In this document: positions 36,888-46,596 of the stretch, in pieces | Layout: every line of letters starts with the position of its first letter | Position numbering within the stretch: position 1 is the stretch's first letter | Assembly: GCA_965367815.1 (NCBI GenBank) | Contig: CBDUKN010000011.1 | Coordinates: 2,361-66,360 of the forward strand | Source: an uncultured Thermoprotei archaeon | GTDB taxonomy: Archaea; Thermoproteota; Thermoprotei; Thermofilales; B15-G2 | DNA: 64,000 nucleotides | Direction: 5' to 3' | Program-made: the position numbers and the translations under genes | Notes under the pieces: model-generated | What the model was told of the DNA's origin: nothing | Database searches by the model: none | The model's input: the letters and a program-made list of their open reading frames with translations, nothing else

Positions 36888-36941
36888 GTATCAGTACTCA
36901 TAATCTTCTTCATCTATCAGATTCGAGGGGATCATCACTTT
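36888..36941 (-). ncRNA. C/D box guide sRNA just downstream of aIF5A
   Basis: GTGATGA-TCCCCTCGAAT-CTGA-T-AGATGAA-GAAGATTATGAGTA-CTGA. Confidence 0.75.
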
Positions 36942-36949
36942 AAGAGAAG

Positions 36950-37342
36950 TTACTTTGTTCTCATTATCTTTCTTCTACCTAATACTTCCCATACTTCTAC
37001 TTCGATTCCAGGGGCTAGTCTTTTTCTTAAATCTTCGTCTTCTGGTAATGGGACTTCGTATACTTCATATGTGGATAGATCCATTAACTGGACAGAGTCT
37101 TGTAGTAGTGCTAATACTTGTGCAGTTTTTTTAGTAACAATAGGTACTTCTACTTTAGAGTCTGCTGGAACGACTATGCTTCGCTTATTTCTGTCAAAGA
37201 GACCTATTGCTACTATTCTGCATTTTGCTGAGCCGTGTTTTCCTGGTTTAGATTTCTCTATTTCCATTATTTTGCATGGTTCGTTGTCTATTACGATAAA
37301 CGATCCTACTTTTAAGCTTCCTGCATCAACGGGCTTAGACAT
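36950..37342 (-). CDS. eif5a: Translation factor aIF5A
   Basis: KSKPGKHGSAK hypusine loop. Confidence 0.97.
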   Translation of the reverse strand: MSKPVDAGSLKVGSFIVIDNEPCKIMEIEKSKPGKHGSAKCRIVAIGLFDRNKRSIVVPADSKVEVPIVTKKTAQVLALLQDSVQLMDLSTYEVYEVPLPEDEDLRKRLAPGIEVEVWEVLGRRKIMRTK

Positions 37343-37550
37343 AATGCCACCTCTATAACTACTTAACTATGTACATAAAAGAGTCTTAAATATTTGTTAC
37401 GGTAAGTTCTTAAAAGACCTTATACGGCGGAAATGATGAAAACATTTTAGTGAAAACTAAATAAACTATGTTGCTAAAACTGTAGTTAAAGTGCTGCTCA
37501 AATATCCGAAGACCTTAAATAAACTCACTAAGTAAGGCTTTTCGGGAATA

Positions 37551-38378
37551 ATGAAAGCTGGTATTGTAGTGTCTGACGATGAGAAAGCTGTACATGTTGC
37601 TTTAAATGCTATTAAAATATTGGAGCAGCTGAGTATTGAGTATGTTGTATATAGAAGAGCATGCGAGCACTTACGGGTGTGTGCTAAATATTGTGATGAA
37701 GAAGAATTAAGTAGCGTTGATTTTATTATGTGTATAGGAGGAGACGGTACAATATTAGAGACAGTAAGTGTTCTTAAGAAAGTGCCGCCAGTACTGGGAA
37801 TTAATGCAGGCACCGTAGGTTTCTTGACAGAAATTGATGAAAGACTTATCGAGTGGGCACTCGAGAAAATTATTGAAAAGGACTATTTCATAGATAAAAG
37901 AGCACGTGCTAAAGTTACAGTAGGCAATAAAGCGTCATTTCTTGTTCTCAATGAAATAGTATTTACAGGAGAGCGTCCATTTAAGGTATTTAAGTACCGC
38001 GTGCTTGTTGACGGACATTTGGTTTATGAAGATAGGGGAGACGGAATCATAGTAGCTACTCCAACAGGGTCTACTGCATACTCTCTGTCTGCAGGTGGAC
38101 CTGTACTGGATCCCGAGATAAAGGCTCTTGTTTTGTGTCCCTTATGTTCCTACAATAGTTGGACAAGACCTCTTGTTGTTAGTGCTAGTAGAAAAATCAC
38201 TCTTTATTCAGTTAAGCAACCTGGGTTAGTAGTTTACGATGGCATCGGGTCTTATAGTGTTCGGCCTCGAGAAAAAATATCAGTAGAGCTCTCCGATAGT
38301 TACTCTGTAGAATTTATTCGGTTTACAAATAATCCTTTCAAAAAGCTAGAATACAGACTTAAAGGGGGAGCGTTATAG
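37551..38378 (+). CDS. nadK: NAD(+) kinase
   Basis: GGDGT, LNE, DGIIVATPTGSTAYSLSAGGP. Confidence 0.95.
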   Translation: MKAGIVVSDDEKAVHVALNAIKILEQLSIEYVVYRRACEHLRVCAKYCDEEELSSVDFIMCIGGDGTILETVSVLKKVPPVLGINAGTVGFLTEIDERLIEWALEKIIEKDYFIDKRARAKVTVGNKASFLVLNEIVFTGERPFKVFKYRVLVDGHLVYEDRGDGIIVATPTGSTAYSLSAGGPVLDPEIKALVLCPLCSYNSWTRPLVVSASRKITLYSVKQPGLVVYDGIGSYSVRPREKISVELSDSYSVEFIRFTNNPFKKLEYRLKGGAL

Positions 38379-38872
38379 TGAAGAAGATAATAGTAGCTGA
38401 TACTTCAGCTATAATTCATGGTACTGCACTTCTTTGTAAAGACACAGTAGTTACTACTCCTAAAGTATTAGAGGAAGTTAAATCTAGTGTAGCTAGATAT
38501 ATTTTACTTACTTTGCTCGAAGGAAAAAAGATTAGCGTAGTCGAGCCTGAAAGAAAATACTTAACTAAAGCTATAAAAATAGCTAAAAAAATGGGATATT
38601 TACGCGATTTATCAGAAACAGACATAAGTTTAATAGCTCTAGCAATTAAATATATATCTGAAGGAATAAGTGTTATAGTATATACGGATGATTATAAAAT
38701 TCAAAGTATTTTAAGTAAATTAAATATATCTTACAGTAGTGTTGTCCATAAGCCAATAGATAAATGCCGTAAAAAGATATACTATTGCAGTATTTGTGGA
38801 AAAACGTATACTAATGGAGATTTTTGCCCTATATGTGGAAGTAAGCTTAGAAGTAAATATGTTAAGGCTTAA
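38378..38872 (+). CDS. nob1: Nob1 PIN-domain rRNA endonuclease
   Basis: ADTSAII, LSETDISL, TDDYKIQ, C-terminal CSIC...CPICG. Confidence 0.9.
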   Translation: MKKIIVADTSAIIHGTALLCKDTVVTTPKVLEEVKSSVARYILLTLLEGKKISVVEPERKYLTKAIKIAKKMGYLRDLSETDISLIALAIKYISEGISVIVYTDDYKIQSILSKLNISYSSVVHKPIDKCRKKIYYCSICGKTYTNGDFCPICGSKLRSKYVKA

Positions 38873-40031
38873 GAAGCTTTGCTATAAAATAGCCTGGTGT
38901 TTCATGAATATGAGGTAGAAATCTCTGAACATATGTTAAGTGCAACTCAGGTAGAATTAATGATGAAGGCATACCTACTGTGATACTTTGTTTAAGTAGT
39001 TTTAGTCCAAGTTTATTTATCGCGTAAAGAATATTCATTTCATTCTCCTCTACTGAAAGAGTGCACGTAGAGTATACTATTACTCCTCCTTTTCTAGTTA
39101 TCTTGGTAGCTTCTTTTAGTAACTGTCTTTGGTAAGCAGCAGTCGCTAATATATCCTTGCACTTTTTATTTTCGTATATTTTAGGTCTAACACCTAATGC
39201 TGTGCAGGGAGGATCTAATAGGACTTTATCAGCTACATTTTTCCCTAGTTCTTTGGAAAGATATCGAGAGTCGTAGACGAGAGTCTTGACGCATGTTACT
39301 CCTAGTCTTTCACAGTTTTCAATTAAGCGTTTAATTTTGTTTTCCGATCTGTCTACAGCTATGATATTAGATTTGTTTTCTGTGAGTTGTGCGATATGAG
39401 TAGTTTTTCCTCCTGGAGCTGCACACATATCAACTATTAATTCTCCCGGCTTTGGTTCGAGAACTCTAGAAGTGATCATTGCAGGAAGGCTTTGATCGTA
39501 TATGAGTCCTTTCTTAAATGTATATAGTTCTCTAACTTTGGGAGCTCTATATTTTGAATTTGTTACCTTTACAGCTATGCCATGTGATTTTCCGCGCATT
39601 TCTTTTGAAGACATCAGAGCTATTCCTTCAGCCACGAGATAGCCTTCCGGAGAGACTATGGAAACTATATCTCCTTCTTTAACGTTGTGCGCTTTAAGAA
39701 CGCCCGGTATGTACACGTCAGCTCCTAAAAGCACACTTTCTGCAGTAAATTTATCCACTACAACTATCTTTTTATGTAGTCTTATTTTGAATGGTCCTCT
39801 TATAGGTACGCATATAGCCTCTGGTAGTATTTTGCTTTTAAAGGCTTTTATTCCCTCTTTAAGCAGACTCTCTAAGACTTCATCTCTAGTCGACTTGAGT
39901 GTATTTACTCTGATATAGTAGCGAGACGATGGAGATAAGAGAGCTTTAAGCATGCATAAGGTCTGACCTAAGCCAAACCATTTCGAAAGACAGGCCACGA
40001 GGTCTTTGTTTAAGTAAGGGAGATGTCTCAT
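38862..40031 (-). CDS. RsmB/NOP family RNA m5C methyltransferase with PUA domain (NSUN6-like)
   Basis: GADVYIPGV PUA, DMCAAPGGKT, LDPPC, YSTC. Confidence 0.93.
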   Translation of the reverse strand: MRHLPYLNKDLVACLSKWFGLGQTLCMLKALLSPSSRYYIRVNTLKSTRDEVLESLLKEGIKAFKSKILPEAICVPIRGPFKIRLHKKIVVVDKFTAESVLLGADVYIPGVLKAHNVKEGDIVSIVSPEGYLVAEGIALMSSKEMRGKSHGIAVKVTNSKYRAPKVRELYTFKKGLIYDQSLPAMITSRVLEPKPGELIVDMCAAPGGKTTHIAQLTENKSNIIAVDRSENKIKRLIENCERLGVTCVKTLVYDSRYLSKELGKNVADKVLLDPPCTALGVRPKIYENKKCKDILATAAYQRQLLKEATKITRKGGVIVYSTCTLSVEENEMNILYAINKLGLKLLKQSITVGMPSSLILPELHLTYVQRFLPHIHETPGYFIAKLLKP

Positions 40032-40046
40032 GGTCTATTGAAATAG

Positions 40047-40150
40047 TGCGGGGGGTGGGATTTGAACCCACGCAGGCCTGCGCCACGGGAGGTCTCGCCC
40101 TTTTTAGGGTCCTGAGTCCCGCCCCTTTGACCTAGCTCGGGCACCCCCGC
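40047..40150 (-). tRNA. tRNA-Leu(CAG) with 19-nt intron at 37/38 (40092-40110)
   Basis: Acceptor GCGGGGG/CCCCCGC-A, anticodon stem CGGGA/UCCCG, long variable arm, GUGGG-UUCAAAU-CCCAC. Confidence 0.95.
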
Positions 40151-40224
40151 ATGTGAGAATTTTCTGAGGAAGTATATAAAGTTAAGTTCTTATTCGCTAG
40201 ATTTACGAAAGCTTTATCTGCATA

Positions 40225-40797
40225 TTGTTATTTCACAAACTAGTGACTGAAAAAGAGCTAGTTACTCCAGGAGATAAAGTGGCTGTAATTGAGGAGTATA
40301 CAGCGGGAGAATATGTGTACGAGGAAAACGGATTCCTGAGAGCAGCAGCACTTGGTGTGCTCAATGCTGATAGAGTGAACCATGTACTGTCAGTAATTCC
40401 GTCACGAAGACCATTAATACCTAAAGCTAAGGACGCTGTATATGCTCAAGTATCATATGTGAGAAGTCTCTACGCTCTTGCACGAATATATGAAGTAGAG
40501 GGCAGAGGGCTACTACCGATACCTTTTACAGGTATAATTCACGTAAGCTACGCTTTAAGCGAACCCGTAAGAGACATGCATGATCTTCTGAGAATAGGTG
40601 ATATAATAAGAGCCAGAGTTCTTTCGGACGAAGGGCCGCCCTTCCACTTAACATTAAGAGGAAGAGAATTCGGAGTAGTATTATCTTGGTGTCCTAATTG
40701 TGTAAAACCGCTTTGTAAGCGTGGGAATTATCTCTTCTGTAGCATATGTAGGACAAGCTACCGCAAGAAAATTTCTTCACTTTATCTATCAATATAG
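40225..40797 (+). CDS. csl4: Exosome subunit Csl4
   Basis: VTPGD...EEY..G, S1 domain, C-terminal CPNC...CSIC...RKIS. Confidence 0.92.
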   Translation: MLFHKLVTEKELVTPGDKVAVIEEYTAGEYVYEENGFLRAAALGVLNADRVNHVLSVIPSRRPLIPKAKDAVYAQVSYVRSLYALARIYEVEGRGLLPIPFTGIIHVSYALSEPVRDMHDLLRIGDIIRARVLSDEGPPFHLTLRGREFGVVLSWCPNCVKPLCKRGNYLFCSICRTSYRKKISSLYLSI

Positions 40798-40809
40798 CGT
40801 GTCGAGACT

Positions 40810-41442
40810 ATGTATGAAAAAAGAGTAGCAATAAAGGTTGAAGACAGAGACGAATTAGAGGAGATTTTAAACGAAGTAAATAGAAGAATACGGAATGTAG
40901 TAGTCATAGTGAGAACTAGACTAAATACTATAGACTTTGCGCTGCAAGGCGATAAGGAAGCAGTAAAGACAGCTGCAATTGAACTAAGAAGAATTGCTAC
41001 CGAAATAAAGTATAAAAGGCGAAAAAACTACAGCGGATACTTTGCATATAGTCTGCGAAATATATTAAAGTCAATAAACCTATCAGTAGGCATTCCGATA
41101 AATGTGGCATTAGAAGTACTTAAACTGAAAGGATATAAAGTAAATGTATCCAAAGGTTTTCTCCAAACAAATGCTGATCTAAGCACAACTATTGAAATTT
41201 TTAATAAACTAGGAAAAATATATGAAAAATTAACAAAAATGAATACTACTGCATCTGCTAGAAAGGCAATAACATATGTAGCTTTACTAATGAATAAAAA
41301 TGTCGATGAAGCAATTAAATTTTTAGAGGAAAATAAATGTATAGACTATCAAGACGAAAAAATTGTACTAACTAGAAATATTGAAGAAATTAAAACACTT
41401 ATAAAATCTAGCTGTGAGAAAAACTCAAATAATACTTCTTAA
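40810..41442 (+). CDS. Conserved crenarchaeal protein (DUF2067-like)
   Basis: Lies between csl4 and rpoL; LKLKGYK pattern. Confidence 0.65.
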   Translation: MYEKRVAIKVEDRDELEEILNEVNRRIRNVVVIVRTRLNTIDFALQGDKEAVKTAAIELRRIATEIKYKRRKNYSGYFAYSLRNILKSINLSVGIPINVALEVLKLKGYKVNVSKGFLQTNADLSTTIEIFNKLGKIYEKLTKMNTTASARKAITYVALLMNKNVDEAIKFLEENKCIDYQDEKIVLTRNIEEIKTLIKSSCEKNSNNTS

Positions 41443-41453
41443 TTAATGGTTGC

Positions 41454-41762
41454 GTGAAACTTAAAATAGTAAGAGAGACAGAACATGAACTAGAGTTCAT
41501 TTTAGAGGGTGAGGATCATACATTCTGCAACTTACTGGTAAACATTCTTCTTGAAGACCCAGCGGTAGAATTTAGCGCATATAAAATACCACATCCTCTC
41601 ATTAGAAAGCCTATAGTCTATGTGAAGACTAAAGAGGGGAGCCCTAGAGAAGCAGTTATTAGAGCATGTGATAAAATAGAAGAATTAATGAGAGTATTAA
41701 GAGACAGATTTAAGGAAGCTGTATCGAAGTATGAAAGTAGTAGTGTCCAAAGGACTAGCTAA
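41454..41762 (+). CDS. rpoL: RNA polymerase subunit Rpo11 (L)
   Basis: EGEDHTFCNLL, AYKIPHPL. Confidence 0.96.
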   Translation: MKLKIVRETEHELEFILEGEDHTFCNLLVNILLEDPAVEFSAYKIPHPLIRKPIVYVKTKEGSPREAVIRACDKIEELMRVLRDRFKEAVSKYESSSVQRTS

Positions 41763-42081
41763 GCTTGGTGACGCTGTACTAAACTTTGTTGTATCTGCTG
41801 GTATAAGTATATCTTTGGGAAAACCTGAAGGAGTAAAAGTAGCCGATAAGATATTAAGGAAGAGCATATCCAAGGATCAAATAGAGAAAATTGTAAATAA
41901 AAGTAGTTTTAAAAATATGAAAATAGAGGATATAATTGAAGCATTAATAGCTTATGTATGGGTAAACGGTTGGATAACAATAGATGAATTAATAAGTGCT
42001 GCGGCTCAGGGCCGTACAGTGGAAGAGTCTACAAGAAAAGTTATTGAGAAAACCATTAATGTTATAAAAACTAAAATATAA
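41731..42081 (+). CDS. Archaeal ribonuclease III-family single-domain protein
   Basis: KGLAKLGDAVLNF and DIIEALIAYVW. Confidence 0.8.
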   Translation: MKVVVSKGLAKLGDAVLNFVVSAGISISLGKPEGVKVADKILRKSISKDQIEKIVNKSSFKNMKIEDIIEALIAYVWVNGWITIDELISAAAQGRTVEESTRKVIEKTINVIKTKI

Positions 42082-42841
42082 TTTCGAAAACATATATAAT
42101 AATATTGCCTATAAATAAGTATAACATATAGCCTATAAGTATGAATAAAATAAAAGGCAGTGTAGGGGATACCCATACTTTTTCTACACCTTTCTTTTCG
42201 AGAATGTCTATTATTTCAGTGCACTTATCTATATTATGAATATTTGTTTTTATTTTAATAGTATTTTGTGTCGACGATAAAATGAAATATTTGTGAGGAT
42301 GCTTTTTCGCTTCTTTTAAATCAACTATTGTTGCACTTAAAAATAAAATAATTTTCTTTAATATACTAATATTTTTGGGAAAGAATAATTTTGATTTAAA
42401 TAATAGTATTGTATTGTTTATAGCTATAATTATCATAGCGAAAATTGATAAAATAATGGAGTTCATAAATATACTTATGCCGGGGAACATTTTGCCTATA
42501 TTAGCAGGTGCAGAAGGTGTTTCGAGAATACTTAGACATATATAGGCTTTTGCGTCGGCGCCTCCCATTAGCCCAAAATATGCTAAAGTTAAAGCTATAA
42601 GAAATGTTATAGCTATGGAGAGCAAGTATAGACTAAGAATACTTGCATTAGTCCAAATTTTTTCTACAGCATTTACTGCAATACCTACAAGTATTATAGG
42701 CAACCATATTTTGTCACTTACCTCTCTTGTCTTAATATCTTGGAAAGAAGCTACAGATAGACAAATTATGGCAGTAAGTCTCTTTATGTTTTCAAGAAGA
42801 CATAGAGTGTCGAGATTCATTCTGTGAAATAAAGGATGCAC
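42071..42841 (-). CDS. A24 prepilin/prearchaellin peptidase (PibD/FlaK type)
   Basis: ASFQDIKTREV, MGGADAK, VWVSPTLPFI. Confidence 0.9.
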   Translation of the reverse strand: MHPLFHRMNLDTLCLLENIKRLTAIICLSVASFQDIKTREVSDKIWLPIILVGIAVNAVEKIWTNASILSLYLLSIAITFLIALTLAYFGLMGGADAKAYICLSILETPSAPANIGKMFPGISIFMNSIILSIFAMIIIAINNTILLFKSKLFFPKNISILKKIILFLSATIVDLKEAKKHPHKYFILSSTQNTIKIKTNIHNIDKCTEIIDILEKKGVEKVWVSPTLPFILFILIGYMLYLFIGNIIIYVFEIIF

Positions 42842-42954
42842 AAAAATATAAGCATAAAGTTCGCTGTCATCAAATTTTTGTCAAGGACGTATTTAGTCGA
42901 AATTAGGAATGTGCACAAACCTTATATTTACGCGTATATGTTTTTTGTCTCGCT

Positions 42955-43293
42955 ATGCCTCGGCATTCAAAAGGCTATAGAACTAGAGGACGTAAACTTC
43001 TTCGAAAACACCCTAGAGCTCGAGGTAGACCTGGTCTAAGTAGACTCATGATTGAATACAAAGTAGGGGATAAGGTCTGTATAGATATAGACCCTACTTA
43101 CATAAGAACTGCACCTCACAGGCGCTATCAGGGATTAACTGGAACTATTGTCGGAAAGCGTGGAAGAGCGTATATCATTGAGATCTATTTGGGAGGCAAG
43201 AAGAAGACTATAATTACTACGGCAGATCACATAAAGCCCTTTATGGGCGGCTCTGCTATGTCTACTACGTCTAGTTCTTCGCAGACAGCTTGA
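42955..43293 (+). CDS. rpl21e: 50S ribosomal protein L21e (eL21)
   Basis: SKGYRTRGRKLL, PHRRYQGLTG, HIKP. Confidence 0.97.
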   Translation: MPRHSKGYRTRGRKLLRKHPRARGRPGLSRLMIEYKVGDKVCIDIDPTYIRTAPHRRYQGLTGTIVGKRGRAYIIEIYLGGKKKTIITTADHIKPFMGGSAMSTTSSSSQTA

Positions 43294-44594
43294 GCTCCGA
43301 GGATATTAGAGATATTGGGTCTAGTTCTCCCCTTATCTCCACTTATTAGCTCTTTGATATAGAGGCCTCCTTGACAGATTATAGTCAGTTCTAGTTTCCT
43401 CTTACCCAGTATTCTGCTGGTAATCTTGTATACTTTCTTCCGGCGTAATTTATCCGCTCTTCTGTGAAGGACTCTTAGGGGGGTTCTCTGCTCAATTATT
43501 ATGTTATTGAAAACCTCCTCAATTTTCTTGAGGTCGTCTTCAGTAATGTCGCGGTTTACTGAAACTATAGCTCTATACGTTTTAATGGTGTACTCGGAAT
43601 ATACTTTGATCTTCTTGATAGTATCACGTGTAGTATACTTCAAGTCAGAGACGTCTACTAATCCTTTTCCATGTTTATTTATTTCTTCTTGAACTTTTTT
43701 AAGATCAATTGTTCTTATTTTTGGATTTAAAATTTCTACAACAAAGGGGCGTCCTGAGCCAAGCATTCGTACATCAATATCTTCTCTTCCTGCTCCATGA
43801 AACTTTGTTTTTTCAGCCTTAAAGAGCTTAATTATTGGCTCTGATATTATTTCCTCTACAGAAGTCGGATATTTTTTACCTGTCCACGAGCACTCTTCAC
43901 ATCCCTTACCCCGGCAACGTGGACAAAGCCACTTATTTTGAGGAAGATTTCTGACATATTTTCGGTATCTTCCATAAATGAAGATAGGTGCAGAGTGCAC
44001 ACTTATTTTATTGTTAGGTATATCGACCATGATAATAAGGTCTGGTTTCTTATAATCGACTACTTTGCCTGTTACTTTTTGAAATCGTTTTCCAAGGACT
44101 CTGGTCAAATCTGATTTGAAGCTTTCACTTATATTTTCGAGCCCATAAGTAATTTTAATTTCATCTTCTCGTTTAGCTATATCTCTTGGTATTCTCGCTC
44201 CTATTAGAAATGTATTAAATTCGTAGTCACTGACCAAAGATAGTATTTCTTTTAAAATGGGGTCTATGTTTCTGATAAAAAAGTCTTCGCAGACATAGCA
44301 TGGCACTGGATCTGGAACACTATAGCCGTATTTCTGTAGTACTTCTTTTGCCGGATTAAAGTTTGTTTTAGCTAAATTTTCGAGAACTTTTATGCTTTTT
44401 TTCTTACTCTCATCGCTTTCTGTAGTCAATAACTCTAAGTGATGTTGCAGAGTTAAACACAATTTAATAGCATATCCGCGTTCATTATTGTCTAAGCCTC
44501 TACCAAGCTGAGCGAACAGCCTTCCTAAGCAATAGTCGCAGAGACAGTATTTGCTTACTATATTTTCAGCTTTTTCTAGAATGTCGAACATCAC
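43227..44594 (-). CDS. pus10: tRNA pseudouridine(54/55) synthase Pus10
   Basis: LCDYCLGRLF, YGRYRK, FHGAGREDIDVRMLGSGRPF, QGGLYIKELISGD. Confidence 0.96.
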   Translation of the reverse strand: MMFDILEKAENIVSKYCLCDYCLGRLFAQLGRGLDNNERGYAIKLCLTLQHHLELLTTESDESKKKSIKVLENLAKTNFNPAKEVLQKYGYSVPDPVPCYVCEDFFIRNIDPILKEILSLVSDYEFNTFLIGARIPRDIAKREDEIKITYGLENISESFKSDLTRVLGKRFQKVTGKVVDYKKPDLIIMVDIPNNKISVHSAPIFIYGRYRKYVRNLPQNKWLCPRCRGKGCEECSWTGKKYPTSVEEIISEPIIKLFKAEKTKFHGAGREDIDVRMLGSGRPFVVEILNPKIRTIDLKKVQEEINKHGKGLVDVSDLKYTTRDTIKKIKVYSEYTIKTYRAIVSVNRDITEDDLKKIEEVFNNIIIEQRTPLRVLHRRADKLRRKKVYKITSRILGKRKLELTIICQGGLYIKELISGDKGRTRPNISNILGAQAVCEELDVVDIAEPPIKGFM

Positions 44595-44711
44595 CGTCCC
44601 ATAACTTCTACTCCTAAAATATATAGTTTTATCGAAAAGAGGTATAGAACTTTATATAGATTTAATGAAATAATGTGAACATTGCTGTTAGAGTAAGTTA
44701 TTGTAGGAAAT

Positions 44712-45278
44712 CTAATAGGGAGATAGTCTGCCAGTTATTCTATCAAGACATATATTAACTATGGCTATAATCTTGTCAGGAGATAAGTTGTATATTGACT
44801 TAGGAAAAACTAAAGGTATCTTCTCGATATCTATATCTGCTAGAAAATCTGTAAGAGTTTTTCTATCAAGTGATAGCACATATAGTGCATTTTCTACTGA
44901 AGATAATTCGGGAATATCTTTGCCTTTAGTGTCTGGAAAGATAATTGAAGTAAAGGTTTTTGAAAGGAAACTCGCTATGTTAGTGTAGTAGACTTTTATT
45001 CCTGGGTGAATTACTTTTTTCCGAATCTTCTTCTCTAATGCTAGTCTTATTTTTCTGTAAACTCCTAAAAGCGATGCTTCGTCAGTAAATATTCTCTTGA
45101 CTCTGCTGCCTTCTATTCTCACTATTACATTGTTTTCTTTGCATATAAAAAGGAGACATCTATCACGTCGGATATCGTGTGAGAGCATAAGTGTGGCGGG
45201 AATACACCTCATTAATATCGGTGAATATTTTTCGGATAGATGAGTTATCGAAGTAGCTATTGCAAAAGATACTACCAT
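44712..45278 (-). CDS. TrmY-like SPOUT protein (divergent)
   Basis: RCI...LSHDIRRD, DEASL, HPGI and C-terminal IAIVNICLD resemble TrmY; lies upstream of pus10. Confidence 0.65.
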   Translation of the reverse strand: MVVSFAIATSITHLSEKYSPILMRCIPATLMLSHDIRRDRCLLFICKENNVIVRIEGSRVKRIFTDEASLLGVYRKIRLALEKKIRKKVIHPGIKVYYTNIASFLSKTFTSIIFPDTKGKDIPELSSVENALYVLSLDRKTLTDFLADIDIEKIPLVFPKSIYNLSPDKIIAIVNICLDRITGRLSPY

Positions 45279-46591
45279 AGTCTGCCGAGCCTAGACAAGC
45301 GAGTCCTTTTTCTACTTAACTGCTTTATGTATCTTCTTGCGAGTTCATAGCTTTTTAAAAGTTCTTTTACATCGCGTGGAGTTACACCAGCTCCCTTAGA
45401 TATTCTCCTTATTCTAGAGCTATTTAGAATACTGGGATTTAGTAGCTCTTCTTTAGTCATTGAGTCTAAGATAGCTACCCATTTCTTTATTTTATTTTTG
45501 TCAAGGCCTTCAGTGTCTATAGTTAGCTGCATTTCTCCTGGAATAAACGATAGAAGTTTGCTTAAAGACCCCATTTTTTGCAGGTTTTTGAGTTGAATTT
45601 TCATATCATATAGTGTAAGTTTGCCTGTTCTCATGATTTTTTCTTGAAGCTTTATAAGTTCTTCATGGCGTTTGAATCGCTCTATGAGTGCTTCTAGATC
45701 ACCTAACCCTAGTAGACGGCTTACAAATCTAGGTGGATTGAAGACTTCTATTTCATCTATTTTTTCTCCCACTCCAATGAACTTTATTATAGCTCCCGTA
45801 GAAGCTACAGCTGCTAGTGCTCCGCCACCTTTGGCGCTGCCGTCTAGTTTTGTTATAAAAATCGATGAGATAGGAACTTTTTTCTTAAAAGCTTTAGCCT
45901 GCTTTTTAGCTTGTTTGCCTATTGTGGCGTCGATTACGAACATTACTTCGTCAGGCTTTATTTTTTCAAACATAGCTTCCATTTCATTAAGTAGAGCTTC
46001 TTCTTGTTTATGTCTGCCTGCAGTATCTATTATTATTAAATTGTATTTCTTGGATTTAAAATACTCTACTCCGTTGACAGCTATTTCTACAGGGTCTTTG
46101 TTTTCTTGAAACCATACAGGTATATTTATTTTTTCTGCCAATTGCTTTAACTGAGTAAATGCCGCGGGTCTGTAAGTGTCAGCACATATTAGTCCGACTT
46201 TATATCCCTTATTTGAATAAAACCAAGCAAGTTTAGCTGCGCTCGTTGTTTTACCGGAGCCTTGTAGACCAACTAGCATTATAGTATAAGCTTTGTCTTT
46301 TGGCGGTAAAACTTCAGGAATAGATTCTCCTCCTAAAAGCGAGATTAGTTCTTCGTAAACAGCTTTTAGAAGCACATCTCTTTTAGAGAATCCTGGAGGT
46401 ATTTCGGCGTTTAAAACTCTATTCTTAATGTTTTCAGAGATTTTGAAAACTAAATCTACACTTACGTCTGCTTTAAGAAGAGCTCTTTGGATATCTCTTA
46501 TTACTTCCTTAAGTGTCTTTTCGTCTATTAGTGGAGCTCCTTTTATTTTCTTGACTACTTTAATAAGTTCTTCAGAGAGAGTTCGTAGCAT
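45272..46591 (-). CDS. srp54: Signal recognition particle protein SRP54
   Basis: GLQGSGKTT, DTYRPAA, DTAGRH, TKLDGSAKGGG, M domain. Confidence 0.97.
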   Translation of the reverse strand: MLRTLSEELIKVVKKIKGAPLIDEKTLKEVIRDIQRALLKADVSVDLVFKISENIKNRVLNAEIPPGFSKRDVLLKAVYEELISLLGGESIPEVLPPKDKAYTIMLVGLQGSGKTTSAAKLAWFYSNKGYKVGLICADTYRPAAFTQLKQLAEKINIPVWFQENKDPVEIAVNGVEYFKSKKYNLIIIDTAGRHKQEEALLNEMEAMFEKIKPDEVMFVIDATIGKQAKKQAKAFKKKVPISSIFITKLDGSAKGGGALAAVASTGAIIKFIGVGEKIDEIEVFNPPRFVSRLLGLGDLEALIERFKRHEELIKLQEKIMRTGKLTLYDMKIQLKNLQKMGSLSKLLSFIPGEMQLTIDTEGLDKNKIKKWVAILDSMTKEELLNPSILNSSRIRRISKGAGVTPRDVKELLKSYELARRYIKQLSRKRTRLSRLGRLW

Positions 46592-46596
46592 CTATG

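Noticed and set aside
37433-37500. ATGATGA C-box-like motif upstream of nadK
   Set aside because: No properly spaced D or D' box
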